A stretch of DNA of 64,000 nt from Octopus sinensis (taxonomy: Eukaryota). Numbering within the stretch: the first letter of the stretch is position 1; the number at the start of each line of letters is the position of its first letter. The DNA lies in the NCBI RefSeq assembly GCF_006345805.1, contig NC_043004.1, positions 7,006,001 through 7,070,000 of the forward strand. The letters are read 5' to 3'. The translations under genes were made by a program, and so were the position numbers. Under the pieces are notes generated by a model. The model searched no databases, had not been told where the DNA came from, and saw only the letters and a list, made by a program, of their open reading frames with translations. Shown here piece by piece: positions 12,099-26,458 of the stretch.

Positions 12099-12787
12099 CA
12101 GGGTGGTCTGAAAGTCTTGTTACCCACTACATATTGTTTATTATTGTCATTATTATTATTGTTTTAGCACCCCAATCATGTAATGATTTGGGCTGTCATA
12201 TCGAGTAAGCACACTGATAAGACCCTATTCCTTTGAGTGCACTGTTAACCAGCAATCTTACTTGGCCATGTTAAGGGAGTGGTTTGTTCCACAACTCCAG
12301 AGGTTGAATGTTGCCCTGAATGATTGTTGGTGCCCCACCCCACTATGCTATGACTGTCTGAGAATACCTAAATGAAGTCTTTCGGGATAGATGGATAGGG
12401 CAAAAATTGCAACAACTTCCAGCATCTGTTGATTGGCCTCCCAGAAGTCCAGACCTCATGTCTTGCAATAACACTCTGTGGGGTATTATCAAGGAGAGAA
12501 TTTCACATGTATGAGACCAGAATTCCCATCAGTTGAAGGACACCATTCGGAGGGCCTTTGCAACAATCACCAAAGCACAGCTTCAAAATATATCTCGCAG
12601 CACATGGCGCCACATCATTTTGTGCTACGGAAATGATTGTTTTCATACAGACCTTCTCAATGTGTGACAGTGTCAATGAAAGGGAATAAACTAAATCCAG
12701 TTGATGCTTTGGATTACTACATTACTTATTCTTCTATTGTTCTCATTACGTTTTGGTAGGGGATAACAAGACTTTCGGATCACCCTT
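12099..12787 (+). mobile_element. Internally deleted Tc1/mariner element with decayed transposase C-terminus
   Basis: TIRs of about 32 bp (cagggtggtctgaaagtcttgttacccactac / gtaggggataacaagactttcggatcaccctt), TA on both sides. Translation gives VMIWAVISS, GAPPHYA, DRWIG and WPPRSPDL..NNTLWGIIKERI with stops and frameshifts. Confidence 0.9.
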
Positions 12788-12959
12788 TAGTTGAGTTCAA
12801 ATGATTTGAACACTGAAATCTTTATCAAGGACTAGGTCCATCAGGTAAAGAGAGGCTATAAGAGAAATCCAGGCAACCCAATATAGAAATAGTAATGCAG
12901 ATAAACATGATAAGGCATTATATATATAAATATACATATACACTTATTGGTACACATTG

Positions 12960-13145
12960 ATATATAGAGAGAAATATAGAGATGCATATAACTAAATATA
13001 TTCAGAAGATAAACACATACGTACAAGTGTATAGATATTTATATATACACGTAGACAAACAAATTTACAGATAGCATAGAAAATACTGAATATTAAGGAG
13101 AGAATGCATAGTACTTTTTTACTCGACAGCTGTTTCTGGAAACTC
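12960..13145 (-). mobile_element. Probable truncated Penelope-like terminal repeat carrying only the 3' half of a hammerhead motif
   Basis: Minus strand reads GAAAC-AGCT-GTC-gagtaa at about 13120-13137. No intact CTGANGA upstream. Confidence 0.35.
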
Positions 13146-16100
13146 AGAATTATGTACAAATGGTAATGGTCATACTCACATATGTATAAGTGTGTGTGTG
13201 TGTTACTGTCTCCTTGTCTTCTCATCAAATTATAACTGTAAACAAGTGTCATTGTCATGCATATAATTGACTTCCTATGTACAACTGACTTGAGAGTCAG
13301 GTGGAGAAAGAGTTTATTCAAAAACAGCAAGGTATTAATGCCATATATGACAAATGATTGCCTAAATTATGTGAGCTGTGTCTAAGAAAGTGATAGAGGA
13401 AGCCACTTCTCCGTAGCTAAGACAGAAGTTGACTGAAGTTGATATATGTTACACAGACCAAAGGATATTAAGCCTGGATAAAGATGAAAAAAAGAAAAGT
13501 AAGTATTAGAATGGTTATTAAGTAGTTTTAGCTTGCTAAAACCAACCTCAAATCTTTATTGGACTACGTCTACTATGGGGAATCCCTCATTACCAATTTA
13601 TAATTAATTTACATTCACATTAACCTATTCCTACTTATCTCCTCTATGGAAAGGCACCTGTGCTTATCCCTCTGTCATATTTTAGTCTCTTAACACCAGC
13701 CATAAAGCCACCTTTTCCATTCAAATACTTCCCCATACACTTAGTTGTAGTGTCTTTTTCCCTATTTATTTTTATTTCTGTTACTTGGCAACCTCTCTAG
13801 TGCCAGTGACCCTCCCCCCCACAAAAAAAAAAAAAGGTACCCAGAATACATTTTGAAGTAATTTGGTATCCAGCCATAGAAACCATGCCAAAGCTAGCAT
13901 CAGAGCTTGACAGCCCTGCACCTCAATGTCTCCTGTTAAACTGTCCGACTCGTGACAGCATGGAAAATGAATGATAAATGGTGGTGGTGGTGGTTGTGGT
14001 GGTGGCAGAGACAGTGGTGGTGGTGGTAATGATGATGATGATGGTGGTGTTGATGATGATGATAATGTTGATGACACACCCTTGCCAATAATTGTGAGAT
14101 CCACTGAATTTCAGGAAAATGATGCATGAAAAAACTAACTATATGGGTAAATTCACAATTCTTAACAAACAAAGTTTTAACTTTAGATTGTTAGTAAACT
14201 GATACTAATCATGTTTTAATTTCAGGGAGGCAGCTCCTGGTAGGAAGTGATTCTTGTTAAACAAATCTGTAAAAACACATTCTATAAATTAATGGTTTGT
14301 GGGGTAAGTTTGAAGGAAGTATTCAACAATGATGTGTTTCAAAGATTAAAAGGGAGTTTACAATTAATAATTTTAAAGATAGATTGATGTCATAAAGTAC
14401 TCAATTCAGAAGAGGCAGCCGGCAGTTTCTGTAAAGAAGAAATAATCTTGAAATTGCTACCTGATATTTGCTGTTGAAAACAAAACACAAGCATTTCATT
14501 GTAAACCATTTGAGAAAATTATTGTTCTGCAGAAAGCTATTCTAAATTCTAAGAAAAACCTTTAACATTACTGCAGATTATAAATGCTGTCAGAGAAAAG
14601 CCTGAGATTTCTCTAAACATAACTGTTTTGTTTGTTTGTTTGTTGATTTGTTTATATTTTAATTAATTCTCTCAGTATTCTTCATGTAGTTCTTAGTTCA
14701 GTATTGTGTTTTTTCTAGTATTTTACACTTTCGAATTACTAACACTCTCTGAACAACAGATACATTTTTGTCAAGATAAAATATTGTTGTTTTTTTTTTG
14801 TTTTTGTTTATAGCTGTCTCATTGCAGTTGCTGTTGCAGTAGCTTAATCTTATTATTATTAGCGTTATCCTTTTATTTATTAATTTTTTTTTTTGGTTAG
14901 CATACTGAAATGACACAAGAAGAATAATGGTTTAGGAAAACTAATCTGTGTGCATACTACACTTCAATATTTATACATCAACACGCATGGAACAAGCTTT
15001 TCCTTGCAGGTTTATGTTTTCATGCATAGAACTGTACACTTGTACATATGCACACAATAAAAACCTGCAACTATATCAACATGCAACTATATGCATGACA
15101 ATATATACACAGAATCAGAGAGCAAAACACATAATTCATGCACATACACAAAAAAGAAGCTGTAAGTTTAGGCATAAATATTTATGTATGTAGATACATA
15201 CACAAGTTTATTTCTTAGAGAAAAGAAAGCATTCAACAACTGAATGTAAAGATTCAAGTTTATTCTCAGCCAGTGACATGTTAGGTTAATGACCGATGTC
15301 AAAATATTGGAATAAAATAGTGATTCTCAGTGTACCACAATACACCAAAATGCAGTGGTACACCACAATGCAGCAGAGCACTGCATGGGTTATCTAGGTG
15401 TGTTGCAGATCTTTAAAAATATAATTTGAGCTTTTAAAAAATCCATACTTGTTCTTAAGCATTTTGAAAAATGTTTTATTTGTAAATTTGTAATATACAA
15501 GATTAGCAACAGTCTTCTATATTTTTACCTGAATTTTTAACTTTACAATATAGATTCTTTTTTAAACATTCTTATGAACTACACCAATAAATATTTACTT
15601 GATCTTTAGTTATTTATTTGATTGCCATGAAAGGAATCAAACTGAGGACTGGTAATTTAGAGTTGGAACCAACTTGTCTAAAAGCGTTCTATAGATTTTA
15701 GTATTATGCATCTTTTAATACGTACAGGGCATGGCTGTGTGGTTAGGAAGACTGTTTCCCTATTGCATGGTTTCAAGTTCAGTTCTACAACATGTCATCT
15801 TGGGCAAGAGTCTCCTATTATAGTTCTGGATTGATCAAAACCTTGTGAGTGAATTTGGTGGACAGACACTGAAAGAAGCTTGATGTTTATATGTGGGTGT
15901 GTGGTTGCATGCATCATCATCTTTTAACGTCCACTTTCCATGCTGGCATGGGTTGGATGATTTGACTGAGGATAGGCAAGCCAGGAGGCTGCACCAGGCT
16001 CCAATCTGATCTGGCAAGGTTTCAACAGCTGGATGCCTTTCCTAACACCAACCACTGCAAGAGTGTAGTGGGTGCTTTTTGCATGCCACTGGCATGGGAG

Positions 16101-16339
16101 CCAGTCAAGTGGCACTGGCATCAACCACACTTGAATGGTGCTTTTTACATGCCTCTGGCACAGGAGCCAGTCAGGTGGCACTGATATATATAATACTTTT
16201 CTCGCTGGATTGCATGTTTGTTTCTCTTTTTCCCATCTGTAATTTTATTTTTGATCTTCTATATAAATCAAGATATTTCCTCTGTCTACAAAATGAGAAG
16301 TTACATTGCAGAACTGTTATTTTAACAAGTTGTATTTAT

Positions 16340-16492
16340 TTATCATCCAACAAGATACATCTGCACCACTGGATGCTCCTGAACTAGTTGTTGAGTGTGT
16401 CCTCCATGAGGGATCGATGCAAGATGCGTCAAAACAATTGTTGTGATTATTAATAAATTCTCGTATATTTCATCTTCCGTCTTTCCTTTGCC

Positions 16493-16568
<76 letters not shown>

Positions 16569-16652
16569 CATGGCCGCAGCTATGAGTTGCAACCACAGCA
16601 AATATATATATATGGCAAACGAAAGACGGAAGATGAAATATACAAGAATTTA
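16340..16652. mobile_element. Foldback element in (TA)n: 43-bp inverted arms around a TA tract
   Basis: 16454-16496 is the near-perfect reverse complement of 16610-16652. Upstream gtc-aaaac-AATT-gt-tgtg followed by aataaa resembles a CpG-decayed GAAAC-AATT-GTC. Confidence 0.6.
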
Positions 16653-16656
16653 TATA

Positions 16657-16697
<41 letters not shown>

Positions 16698-17865
16698 TAT
16701 ATATATCAAATTAAATACAAAGCTTAAAGAGCTATTAATAGATTTATACTATTATGATACTTGAACAAGGATATTTATAAAATACACCATGTATACATAA
16801 ATGTAAAGTTATTACCAGTTCAAATATGCTTGGGGTATATTCAAGCTTGTAAGAAAGCCATTCATGTGTTTTCTCATGGAGAAAATTTCTCGCTCTAGAC
16901 AAATGGTCTAAATACACCAAAGTCATCTCACAGCACCAAATGCATGCACACACACACACAGACATGCATTGTGCAGTAGTTCTAAATGGGCATCTCCATC
17001 GTATAAACAGTGTCTGTTTCCAATCGTCACAAAAAAATATTACCTTGCTCAGAGATAGGTGAAGAGCAGCAATAGGAAGAGCATCCTGATGTAAAAAGTC
17101 TATTGCAGCAAATAACTATTTGATCCATGGAAGCATGGAAAAGTGGACAGTAAAACAATGATAATGAAGAGAATAAGGAAGATGATAATGATGACTAGTC
17201 AGATCTGAGCTTTGAACCTTTTCTGGAGTTGAGATTAAATTTTTATCTCAAGTCATATCACTAACCCTACCACAAGCATTCGTTCATTGATCCTATTGTT
17301 ATAAGATCACATAAATAAGCTTACAGCAAGCATCTTATTGTTGGCTCTACCACCAGTATCACATTGTTATCTTCATCACCTGCATCGCATCACTCACTCT
17401 CTCACCAGGATTATAACCCTGATTTTACATCTGCCATTACACTGCTGATTCTTCTGCTGGCAGCTCATAGTCAACCGTATTACCTGGATCGTATTGTCTA
17501 AACTTACCACCTACACATCATGCTTAATTCCACCATTAGCATTTCAGAAACAACCCTATTGCTAGCATCACAAAAACGACTGCATTGCCAGATTCCCACT
17601 GGAGCATCATTAGTCAACCCATGGCTATATTAGAAGACACTTCTCCAAGTTGTCTCACAGTGGGATGCCATTAGCAAATGAAAAATGGAAAATGAGAAAT
17701 GGGTACTATTGGCAAATAAAAGTGTATAATGTGATTCAGAATACAAAGCTTTACAAAAAAATATGTACAAAGTGTTACTTCGTCGTTGCATTTTTAGATA
17801 AGAAGAAATAGGAGCATGACAACTAAAACTGGGGGTTTTTTTCTTTTCAGTTCGGAACAAAGATT

Positions 17866-18065
17866 ACTCTTTTACTTGTTTCAGTCATTTGACTGTGACC
17901 ATGCTGGAGCGCCGCCTTTAGTCAAGCAAATCGACCCCAGGACTTATTCTTTGTAAGCTTAGTACTTATTCTATCGGTCTCTTTTGCCAAACTGCTAAAT
18001 TACGGGGACGTAAACACACCAGCATTGGTTGTCAAGCGATGTTGGGGGGACAAACATATACATAC

Positions 18066-18098
<33 letters not shown>

Positions 18099-18238
18099 CG
18101 ACGGGCTTATTTCAGTTTCTGTCTACCAAATCCACTCACAAGTAGAAGACACTTGCCCAAGGTGCCACGCAGTAGGAATGAACCTGGAACCATGTGGTTG
18201 GCAAGCAAGCTACTTACCATACAGCCACTCCTACGCCT
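17866..18238 (-). mobile_element. CORE-type SINE copy with internal (TA)n
   Basis: Reverse-complement match to 4717-5108. Confidence 0.9.
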
Positions 18239-19230
18239 ATGGAATTCACTTTTTAAAAGTCAACTGATCATGAAAAATGAAGGCTTTTTAAAAAATCTTT
18301 TATCTTTTACTTGTTTCAATCATTAGACAGTGACCATTCTGGGGCAATACTTTGAAGAATTTTAGTTGAAAGAATCAACCCCAGTATTCATTTTTATTTT
18401 TTATGCCTGGTACTAATTCTGTTGGTTTCCTTGGCTGAACTGCTAAGTCACAGGGACATAAAAACACAAACACTGGTTGTCAAGCAGTGGTGGGGGATAA
18501 ACACAAACACAAACACACACACACACACGGTTTCAGATTCAGTCCCATTGCCCTGCACTGTCTACCAAATTCCCCTACAAGGCATTGGTTGACCCAGCGC
18601 TATAGTAAAAGACGCTTACCCAAGCTGCTGTGCAGAGGGATTGGACCGGAAAGCATGTGGTTGCAAAGAGAGCACCTTAATGAATGCTTAATAGAATTTA
18701 TTTTTGTACAAAGCTGAAGAAAAATGAAAAGATAAAAAGAAAAGCTGCAACATGTTTTCAAAGTTGCTAATAATAGTCTAACACTTTTATATTGGATGGG
18801 AATACTGCTGGTGATTTAAAATCAAAACCCATGATTTATTGATCAGAAAGCTCTTCTGCTCTTGAAAGGTTCAGCAAATATTCCTTACCAGTTTATTGGA
18901 AATCAATAAAGAAGCTGTTTTGCAAAATCTTTATTTGGAGATTGATTCAAAAATTATTTCTGTCCTAAAGTTGAATGACCTTGTAAATCTATAAATTTAA
19001 ATTTTAAAATATTATACATTTTAGAAAATACTTCAGATCTACTTTTTGATATTTTAGTCAGGAGGCAGGCATTGCCAATGACCTTTTCTTCATTCTTTCC
19101 ACTTCATGCTTGGTAGCACATAAGGTTTCTACTCTCTCGTCCCATGCTACCCTGCCAATAACTGTGGCCTGCACGTGATTCCATGTTTGTTTGTTTTTCT
19201 CTATGCTGATTAGGAATCACAACCTCTGTG

Positions 19231-19440
19231 AAGGTGCATAGCTTAGTGGTTAGGGTGTCAGAATCATGACCATAAGATTGTGGTTTCATTTTCTGGACCA
19301 GGTGATACATTGTGTTCTTGAGAAAAACACTTCATTTCATGTTGCTCCAGTCCACTCAGCTGGCAAAAATTGATAACCCTGTGACTGACTGGTGTCCCAT
19401 CCAGGTGGAGAATATATAAGCCATGAAACTGGGCAACCAG
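19231..19440 (+). mobile_element. Third tRNA-headed SINE family (ggtgcatagcttagtggttagggtg head)
   Basis: A-box TAGCTTAGTGG. Body tgtgttcttgagaaaaacacttcatttc recurs at 25130-25447 (-), 31785 and 52440-52710. Confidence 0.65.
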
Positions 19441-21088
19441 CCCTAATGAATCAGCATGATTTGAGAAGGTAACTTTACCCCTTTTTTTTTTACCTTAACC
19501 ACAGCCTTTCCAAGATATTGTGGATTCTTCTAAGTGTTTCAAGTTTCTGTTATCATTTTTTTTTCATGATCAGATGATTAGCCAAATGCCCAACCATCAA
19601 GATGTGAAATGGGGTTCGTTTTCTGTTTGGGTATCCTTCCATAAGACAACTGCAGCACTGACCATGATCACAAGCTCAATCTGTCTGGAATTTGAAAATG
19701 AATTTTCTTTTCTAGGGGATTTTATTGGATCACCAACTGAACCAGACTAGTCTGTAATTTCTGTGAAATGGGGATGCCAACAACTAGCCTTAATGTTGTG
19801 ATGGACATTTGCAGCTGTGCTGTGTTAATCATGACCCAAGTTATGTCCACTTTGCCCCATATCTCAAGAGAACATCCACATAGATATAGTGTGGAGTGCA
19901 ACTACAAAGTTTACTTCTGCTTAGGGATGCACTGAGCACTCTAAACTGGGAGTTCTTAGCAGGGCCTCCAAGACTAATGGAAGGAAGGTACCCTTAAACT
20001 GGACACTTGACTACTTACTACAGACTGGAGTTTTCTTAAGGTACCTGATGAACCAAGTGACAGTGTTAAACTGGGTGATTGATTAAATCTACCATCCACC
20101 CAGGTAGGTCACATCTGGATTTGAACTCAGAATAGAAAGAGCTGGAACACATATCACAAGACATCTGGTTCAAGTTTCAAACAGTTCTTTACAAACCAGT
20201 GTCCCTGATTGTAACATTTTTTTTTATCAATTCTGAAAGAACGAAAAGTAAAGCTGACATGGTAACCTGTGTTTCCAACTTGTCTTCATTAATTTATATC
20301 AAAATATTAAGGCTGAATAAAAATCTGTTATATGAAACAGGATCAGTATTAAATTGAAATAGCCATCAGGGTATCATATTTAATGTTAATACATCATGGA
20401 AAACAAATTTATGGCAGTATTATATAATATCTTGTATGGATGTGCTGCATTTAAGAGCACAATATATATCAGAAGCAAATGAAAATTGTCCTGGCAATGA
20501 CTGGTAGGAATGTGAGATGTATTTCTTCCTTGTTGGGCACTGTCAGTAACAGGTACTCACAGCCAACTGCATGGCAAAATAAAATTTGACATCGTTTATA
20601 TAGGAAAACAATTGCTTTAGCAATGTGCTTATTTTTAGTATGATACACAGATGACTATCAATGTTATATTTTTACCACTGCATATGACATCAGTTACAGA
20701 CAATAGATTAGGTGATAGCAACATTCAAGGCTTACTACTTAACTTCTTTGCATTTAAGCCAGCCATATCTGGTCAAAATATTCTACCTGCTTTATGTTCA
20801 GACTGGCCAGATCCAGAAGCAACACTAGATTCAGAAATACATTGTGTTCCAAAGTGGACAGTTAATACAAGGGAGATAATTATTTCTTCATAATATTTGG
20901 TGGGATTAGAAGTTTGAATTTGAAATAAAGAAATTGAAGAATATGAAGATGTATAGAATTCATATTTAGAATGTTTTATGCTTTTGTTGTTGTTTATGTA
21001 TTACAAAGTCAGTGCTAATTATGGGGTAATCAGTGGTACTACTTTATCCTATTTAGAAATTATCAGCATGACATAACCACAGGTTATA

Positions 21089-21476
21089 TCTTTTACTTGT
21101 TTTGGTCATTTGACGGTGGCCATGCTGGAGCACCGCTTTTAGTCGAGCAAATTGACCCCAGAACTTATTCTTTGTAAGCCTAGTACTTATTCTATCAGTC
21201 TCTTTTGCTGAACCGCTAAGTTACGGGGACGCAAACATATCAGCATCGGTTGTCAAGCGATGTTGGGGGGAAAAACACAGACATACAAACACACACACAC
21301 ACACACACGTATACATATATACAATGGACTTCTTTCAGTTTCCATCTGCCAAATCCACTCACAAGGCTTTGGTCAGCCTGAGGCAATAGTAGAAGACACT
21401 TGCCCAAGGTGCCATGTAGTGGGACTGAACCTGGAACCATGTGGTTGATAAGCAAGCTACTTACCACACAGCCACT
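21089..21476 (-). mobile_element. CORE-type SINE copy
   Basis: Reverse-complement match to 4717-5108. Confidence 0.9.
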
Positions 21477-21490
21477 AAACATTTTATTAA

Positions 21491-21711
21491 CCCTTTAGCA
21501 TTTACACCAGCCATTACCAGCCGGAATCTTCTGCCTGTTTTATTGTTCAAGCTGGACTGATCAAGCCTTTCAGACCTACTCTACAATGTCATCCTGAAAA
21601 TAAACAGTCACATCATGAAAATCACAAAGCAACGAGACAATGCATGATTAATTCAAAACAGTCTGATTAATTAAACATTATATTTAACAGAGTAATCTGA
21701 ATGCTATAGGG
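21491..21711. mobile_element. TTAA-flanked MITE (piggyBac-type, TIR CCCTTTAGCATT)
   Basis: TTAA at 21487-21490 and 21712-21715. Inverted ends ccctttagcatt / aatgctataggg. Confidence 0.85.
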
Positions 21712-21740
21712 TTAAATAAGACATTTCTAGTTGAGAGGAA

Positions 21741-21788
21741 CACACACACACACACACACACACATACAGACAGACATACACACACATG

Positions 21789-21847
<59 letters not shown>

Positions 21848-22171
21848 CACACACACACACACAACCAGAGCAGAGGAAATAACTGATGCGAATTCAATTT
21901 TTTTTTTCGCCAAGTGAAATGGCTTGTGTCTAAGGTAGACACTGAGTGTATTCGAACAATATGTACTGTTATGAGGCCAAGGTCAGTCGTCAGCAATAAT
22001 AAGGAAAGGTGTTTGGTGCAGCTGTCAGCTGACAACTTACTTTCCACTTTAACCTACGCAACATTCATTGCTCCATTGCAATAACATCAATGTGAATTAT
22101 AACCCCTGTTGATCTTTTTTTTATTGATGTAAATATATGCAGATAGGTTATTATACATATGTATGTATGTT

Positions 22172-22219
<48 letters not shown>

Positions 22220-22237
22220 GTATGATTTATATATATA

Positions 22238-22289
<52 letters not shown>

Positions 22290-22377
22290 CAGGGATTTAA
22301 ATTTAAATAACACACACAACACAACACACATATATATATATATATATATATAATTAATATATAGAGAGAGAGAAGAG

Positions 22378-22424
<47 letters not shown>

Positions 22425-22590
22425 CAGATAGATAGATTGAAAGATAGATATACATACATATTATTTACATATTACATATATATATATAGATATATATAAT
22501 ATACACGAAGCATTTGTGTATAGTAATGCCCTTAATATAAATAAAAAATAGATAAATATATATTATATTTATATATGTGATATTATATAT

Positions 22591-22634
<44 letters not shown>

Positions 22635-22642
22635 ATATATAT

Positions 22643-22673
<31 letters not shown>

Positions 22674-22810
22674 CATACATACATATATATACATATATAT
22701 ACATATTATATATATGTATAATATATATATCATCATTATCATTGTTTAATGTCTGCCTTTCATGCTGGCATATATAATATATATTATGCGCACACACACA
22801 CACATACACT
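21741..22810. repeat. Cluster of (CA)n, (TG)n, (TA)n and (GATA)n microsatellites
   Basis: Direct reading. Confidence 0.95.
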
Positions 22811-23365
22811 GGATTGTACTTGTCTAGCAAGTGATTTGATCTTGCCAGTTGAACCGTTATTATTTGCACGAGATATTTTTTGTTTGGACTGCTTTATTTT
22901 CTTTAAATTTTCTTCATTCATCAGTATAACGTTTCTTTTTTTTTTTTTTTTGCTTATCCGCAGCTATTTTAGCCATCAAAACAGCCCCATCCCCAGAGCA
23001 AAAACTGTTAAATTCGCTTTTCAATTTACTTTTTGCTTCAGTAAATAAATGAGAAATAAACTTAACTATTTTTGTGTGTTTTTAGAAGGCTAAAATGTCC
23101 ATCCAGACAATTGAAAAATGCAAACAATAGGAGGAAATGTAATTAATCATACAAACTTTTGGAATAACTTCAACATAGTGAAAGTGCTGGAAAATATTAA
23201 TGACACATAATGTGAGGTTACAACTGGCAATGAAAACTGGGAAAATATACCACATTTATTTGAAAAATGTGTATTGTATATAAAATATACATTCTTTCAA
23301 ATAAACTATCTCAAAAAACTACACCAGGCCCCAATTTGCAAAGTTGGGCTTCCCATAAGCTTTAA

Positions 23366-23572
23366 CCCTTTAAAATTTAAACTAGCCATATTTTACCCAT
23401 TTAACAGTGATATCAGCCTGATCTGGCCTCTCACAACTATCCTACAATGTCATTCTAAAATTAGATAGTTACCACATCAAAGTATCAAAGTCAAAAGATA
23501 AGGCCTAGTTAATTCAAAACAATGTGAATAAACAAGCATTACATTTGACAGGGTAATCTGGATACTCTGGGG
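23366..23572. mobile_element. Diverged copy of the TTAA MITE
   Basis: Matches 21491-21711 internally (ctacaatgtcat, ttcaaaacaatgtgaata, taatctg). Confidence 0.7.
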
Positions 23573-23913
23573 TCAATGTATTAAAAACTAATTTTCTTGA
23601 ATATGCTTTTTTGAAATTTGGGTGCATCAATTATGGTCATCCATCTTTTATGCTATGAAATGTGTCACATTCCATTGTGTGTTAGGCCAATAATATATGC
23701 TATAATGCATTGAAAAAACTATTTTTCCTGAATATATATTTATGAAATAGGGGTGCTTCTAACATGACCATGCACCATTTATACCATCAAACATGGTACA
23801 TTCCTACATGCATTGACCCTACATTAATAGTCAAGCTCATATTACATGCTTTAATTTACAAAAAAAAAAAAATTTCCTAATATGCACTGCTGAAATAGGG
23901 GTGTATCTAATAT

Positions 23914-24068
23914 GAGCATGGCTGTGTGGTAAGAAGGTTGCCTACCAACCACATGGTTCCGGGTTCAGTCCTGTTGTGTGGCACTTTGGGGAAGTGTCTT
24001 CTACTATAGCATTAGGCCAACCAAAGCTTTGTGAGTGGATTTGGTAGACAGAAACTGAAAGAAACCTG

Positions 24069-24109
<41 letters not shown>

Positions 24110-24334
24110 TATATTATATTATATTTGTGTATGTGTCTGTGTTTGTCCCCCAACCATTGCTCGACATCTGACGTTGGTGTTTTTACATACCCGTAACTTA
24201 GCGGTTCGGTAAAAGAGACCAATAGAATAAGTACTAGGCTTACAAAGAATAAGTCCTGGGGTCAATTTGTTCGACTAAAGGCAGTGTTCCAGCATGGCCA
24301 GTCAAATGACTGGAAGAAATAAAAGAATAAAAGA
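23914..24334 (+). mobile_element. CORE-type SINE copy
   Basis: Match to 4717-5108. Confidence 0.9.
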
Positions 24335-24698
24335 ATGCTCCATTTGTGCCATCAAGCATGGGACATTCCTATATGCATTGGGCCTACATCAATAGTCAGG
24401 CCTATATTACATATATTAATGGCACTAGGAAGGGCATCCAGCTGTAGAAACTCTGCCAGATCAGATTGGAGCCTGGTGCAGCCATCTGGCTTGTCAGTCC
24501 CCAGTCAAACCATCCAACCCATGCCAACATTGAAAGCGGACGTTAAACAATGATGATGATGATGATAATATGCAAAAAAAAAACAAACAAACAAACTGAA
24601 TATGTATTGCTGAAATTGGGTGCATCTAACATGTTTGCTTCTATTATACAATCAAATATTGTAATTTCTTATTGTGTAAATAATTTAGGTTGATTTAA

Positions 24699-24916
24699 CC
24701 TTTTAGAATTCAAATTATTTTGTCAAATGTATTTTATTTCTTTACATTGATTTGAATTAATCATGTTTTATCTCATGGCTTTGAAATTTCCATGACGTGA
24801 TTATTTATTTTTAGAATGACATTGTAAGGTTCATGCAAGAGGCTGGATCTGGTCAGATTGAATGTGAAACTGGTGGAATATTTTGGCTGGACATGGTTGG
24901 TTTAAATGCTAGAAGG
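24699..24916. mobile_element. TTAA MITE copy in opposite orientation
   Basis: Reverse-complement match to 21491-21711. Confidence 0.7.
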
Positions 24917-25519
24917 CTATGGTTGAAGATACTGGGGCCGCATTAGAAATCACTCAACTGAGCTCATTCCTGGGAATGTCTAGAATAAGATGACAGTGAT
25001 GTCAAAGTATTATTTAATTAACATGTCTTCGACATCAATCATGAAAACATTTTAAATCTAAGGTAACAGCATGTGTATCATGAAGATGATGCCAAAATGG
25101 AACAGATGGAACAGTGATGCAAGTGTACACACACAACTGGCACTCCAGTGAGGGTTCCAGTTGATTCAATCAATGGAACAGCCTGCTCGTGAAATTAACA
25201 TGCAAGTGGCTGAGTACTCCACAGACACATGTACCCTTAATGTAGTTCGCAGGGAGATTCAGTTTGACACAGTGTGGCAAGATTGGCCCTTTGAAATATA
25301 GGTACTGCTCATTTTTGCCGGCTGAGTGGACTGGAGAAACATGAAATAAAGTGTCTTGCTCAAGAACACAATGTACCACTACTGGGAATTGAACTCTCAG
25401 TCCTATGATCATGAGATGAATAACCAAACCACTAAGCCACATGCCTTCACAAGTGTACACACACACATGCACACACACACGCATGTGCGTGCACACACAC
25501 ACGCATGTGCGTGCACACA

Positions 25520-25576
<57 letters not shown>

Positions 25577-26288
25577 TAGTTGCAGTATGGCTAAATAGTT
25601 TAGAAATTCATTTTGCAACCACCAGGTCACTGGTTCAATCCCACTGCGTGATAATTTGGGCAAATGCCATTTTCTCCAGCCTTGGTATGACCTGTAACTT
25701 GTGGGAGAAATTGGGTTGATTAGATCTATTTAGAATCCTGTTAAATGAAATTTAAAGGTACAGCTTTGTCATATGAACTGTACACTGCTCTGGCTTTGAC
25801 TGAGAATTATGTTCAGGGTATGCGAATCTGTGGAATACTCAGCCACTTGTGTATTTAATGGATAGGTAATATTTATTCATGTATAGAGGCAGCAAGCTGG
25901 CAGAAACATTAGCATGCCAAGTAAAATACTTTGTCTTAATGCTCTGAGTTCAAATTCCACTAAAGTCAACTTTGCTTTTCATCCTTTTGGGGGGGCCGAT
26001 AAAATAAGTACCAGTCATGCACTGGGGTCGATGTAAGCAACTTATCTCCTCTCCCAAACTTGCTGGGTTTGTGCTAACATTTGAGATCATTAATTATACA
26101 TGCATATATAGGCGCAGGAGTGGCTGTGTGGTAAAAAGCTTGCTTGCCAACCACATGGTTGTAGGTTCAGTCCCACTGCATGGCACCTTGAGTATGGATC
26201 ACACAGTGGGACTGAAGTATCTTCTGCGGTAGCCTCAAGCCGACCAAAGTCTTATAGGTGGATTTGGTAGACAGAAGCTGAAAGAAGT

Positions 26289-26323
<35 letters not shown>

Positions 26324-26416
26324 TTGCTATTGTGTAATGGTTTAATAAAGTATTGATTGGGTATTATCTGATGGTTGATGATTGATTTAGATATATTTCT
26401 CCATTTTCTCATTTTG

Positions 26417-26453
<37 letters not shown>

Positions 26454-26458
<5 letters not shown>

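Noticed and set aside
8519-14303. Plus-strand splice-flanked segments (8519, about 9443, about 9821, about 14226) as coding exons
   Set aside because: Some have stops in all frames and the set gives no consistent phase chain. They may be UTR or lncRNA exons but cannot be supported from sequence alone.
19500-20100. Possible old LINE fragment or exons
   Set aside because: No diagnostic motif could be read in any frame.
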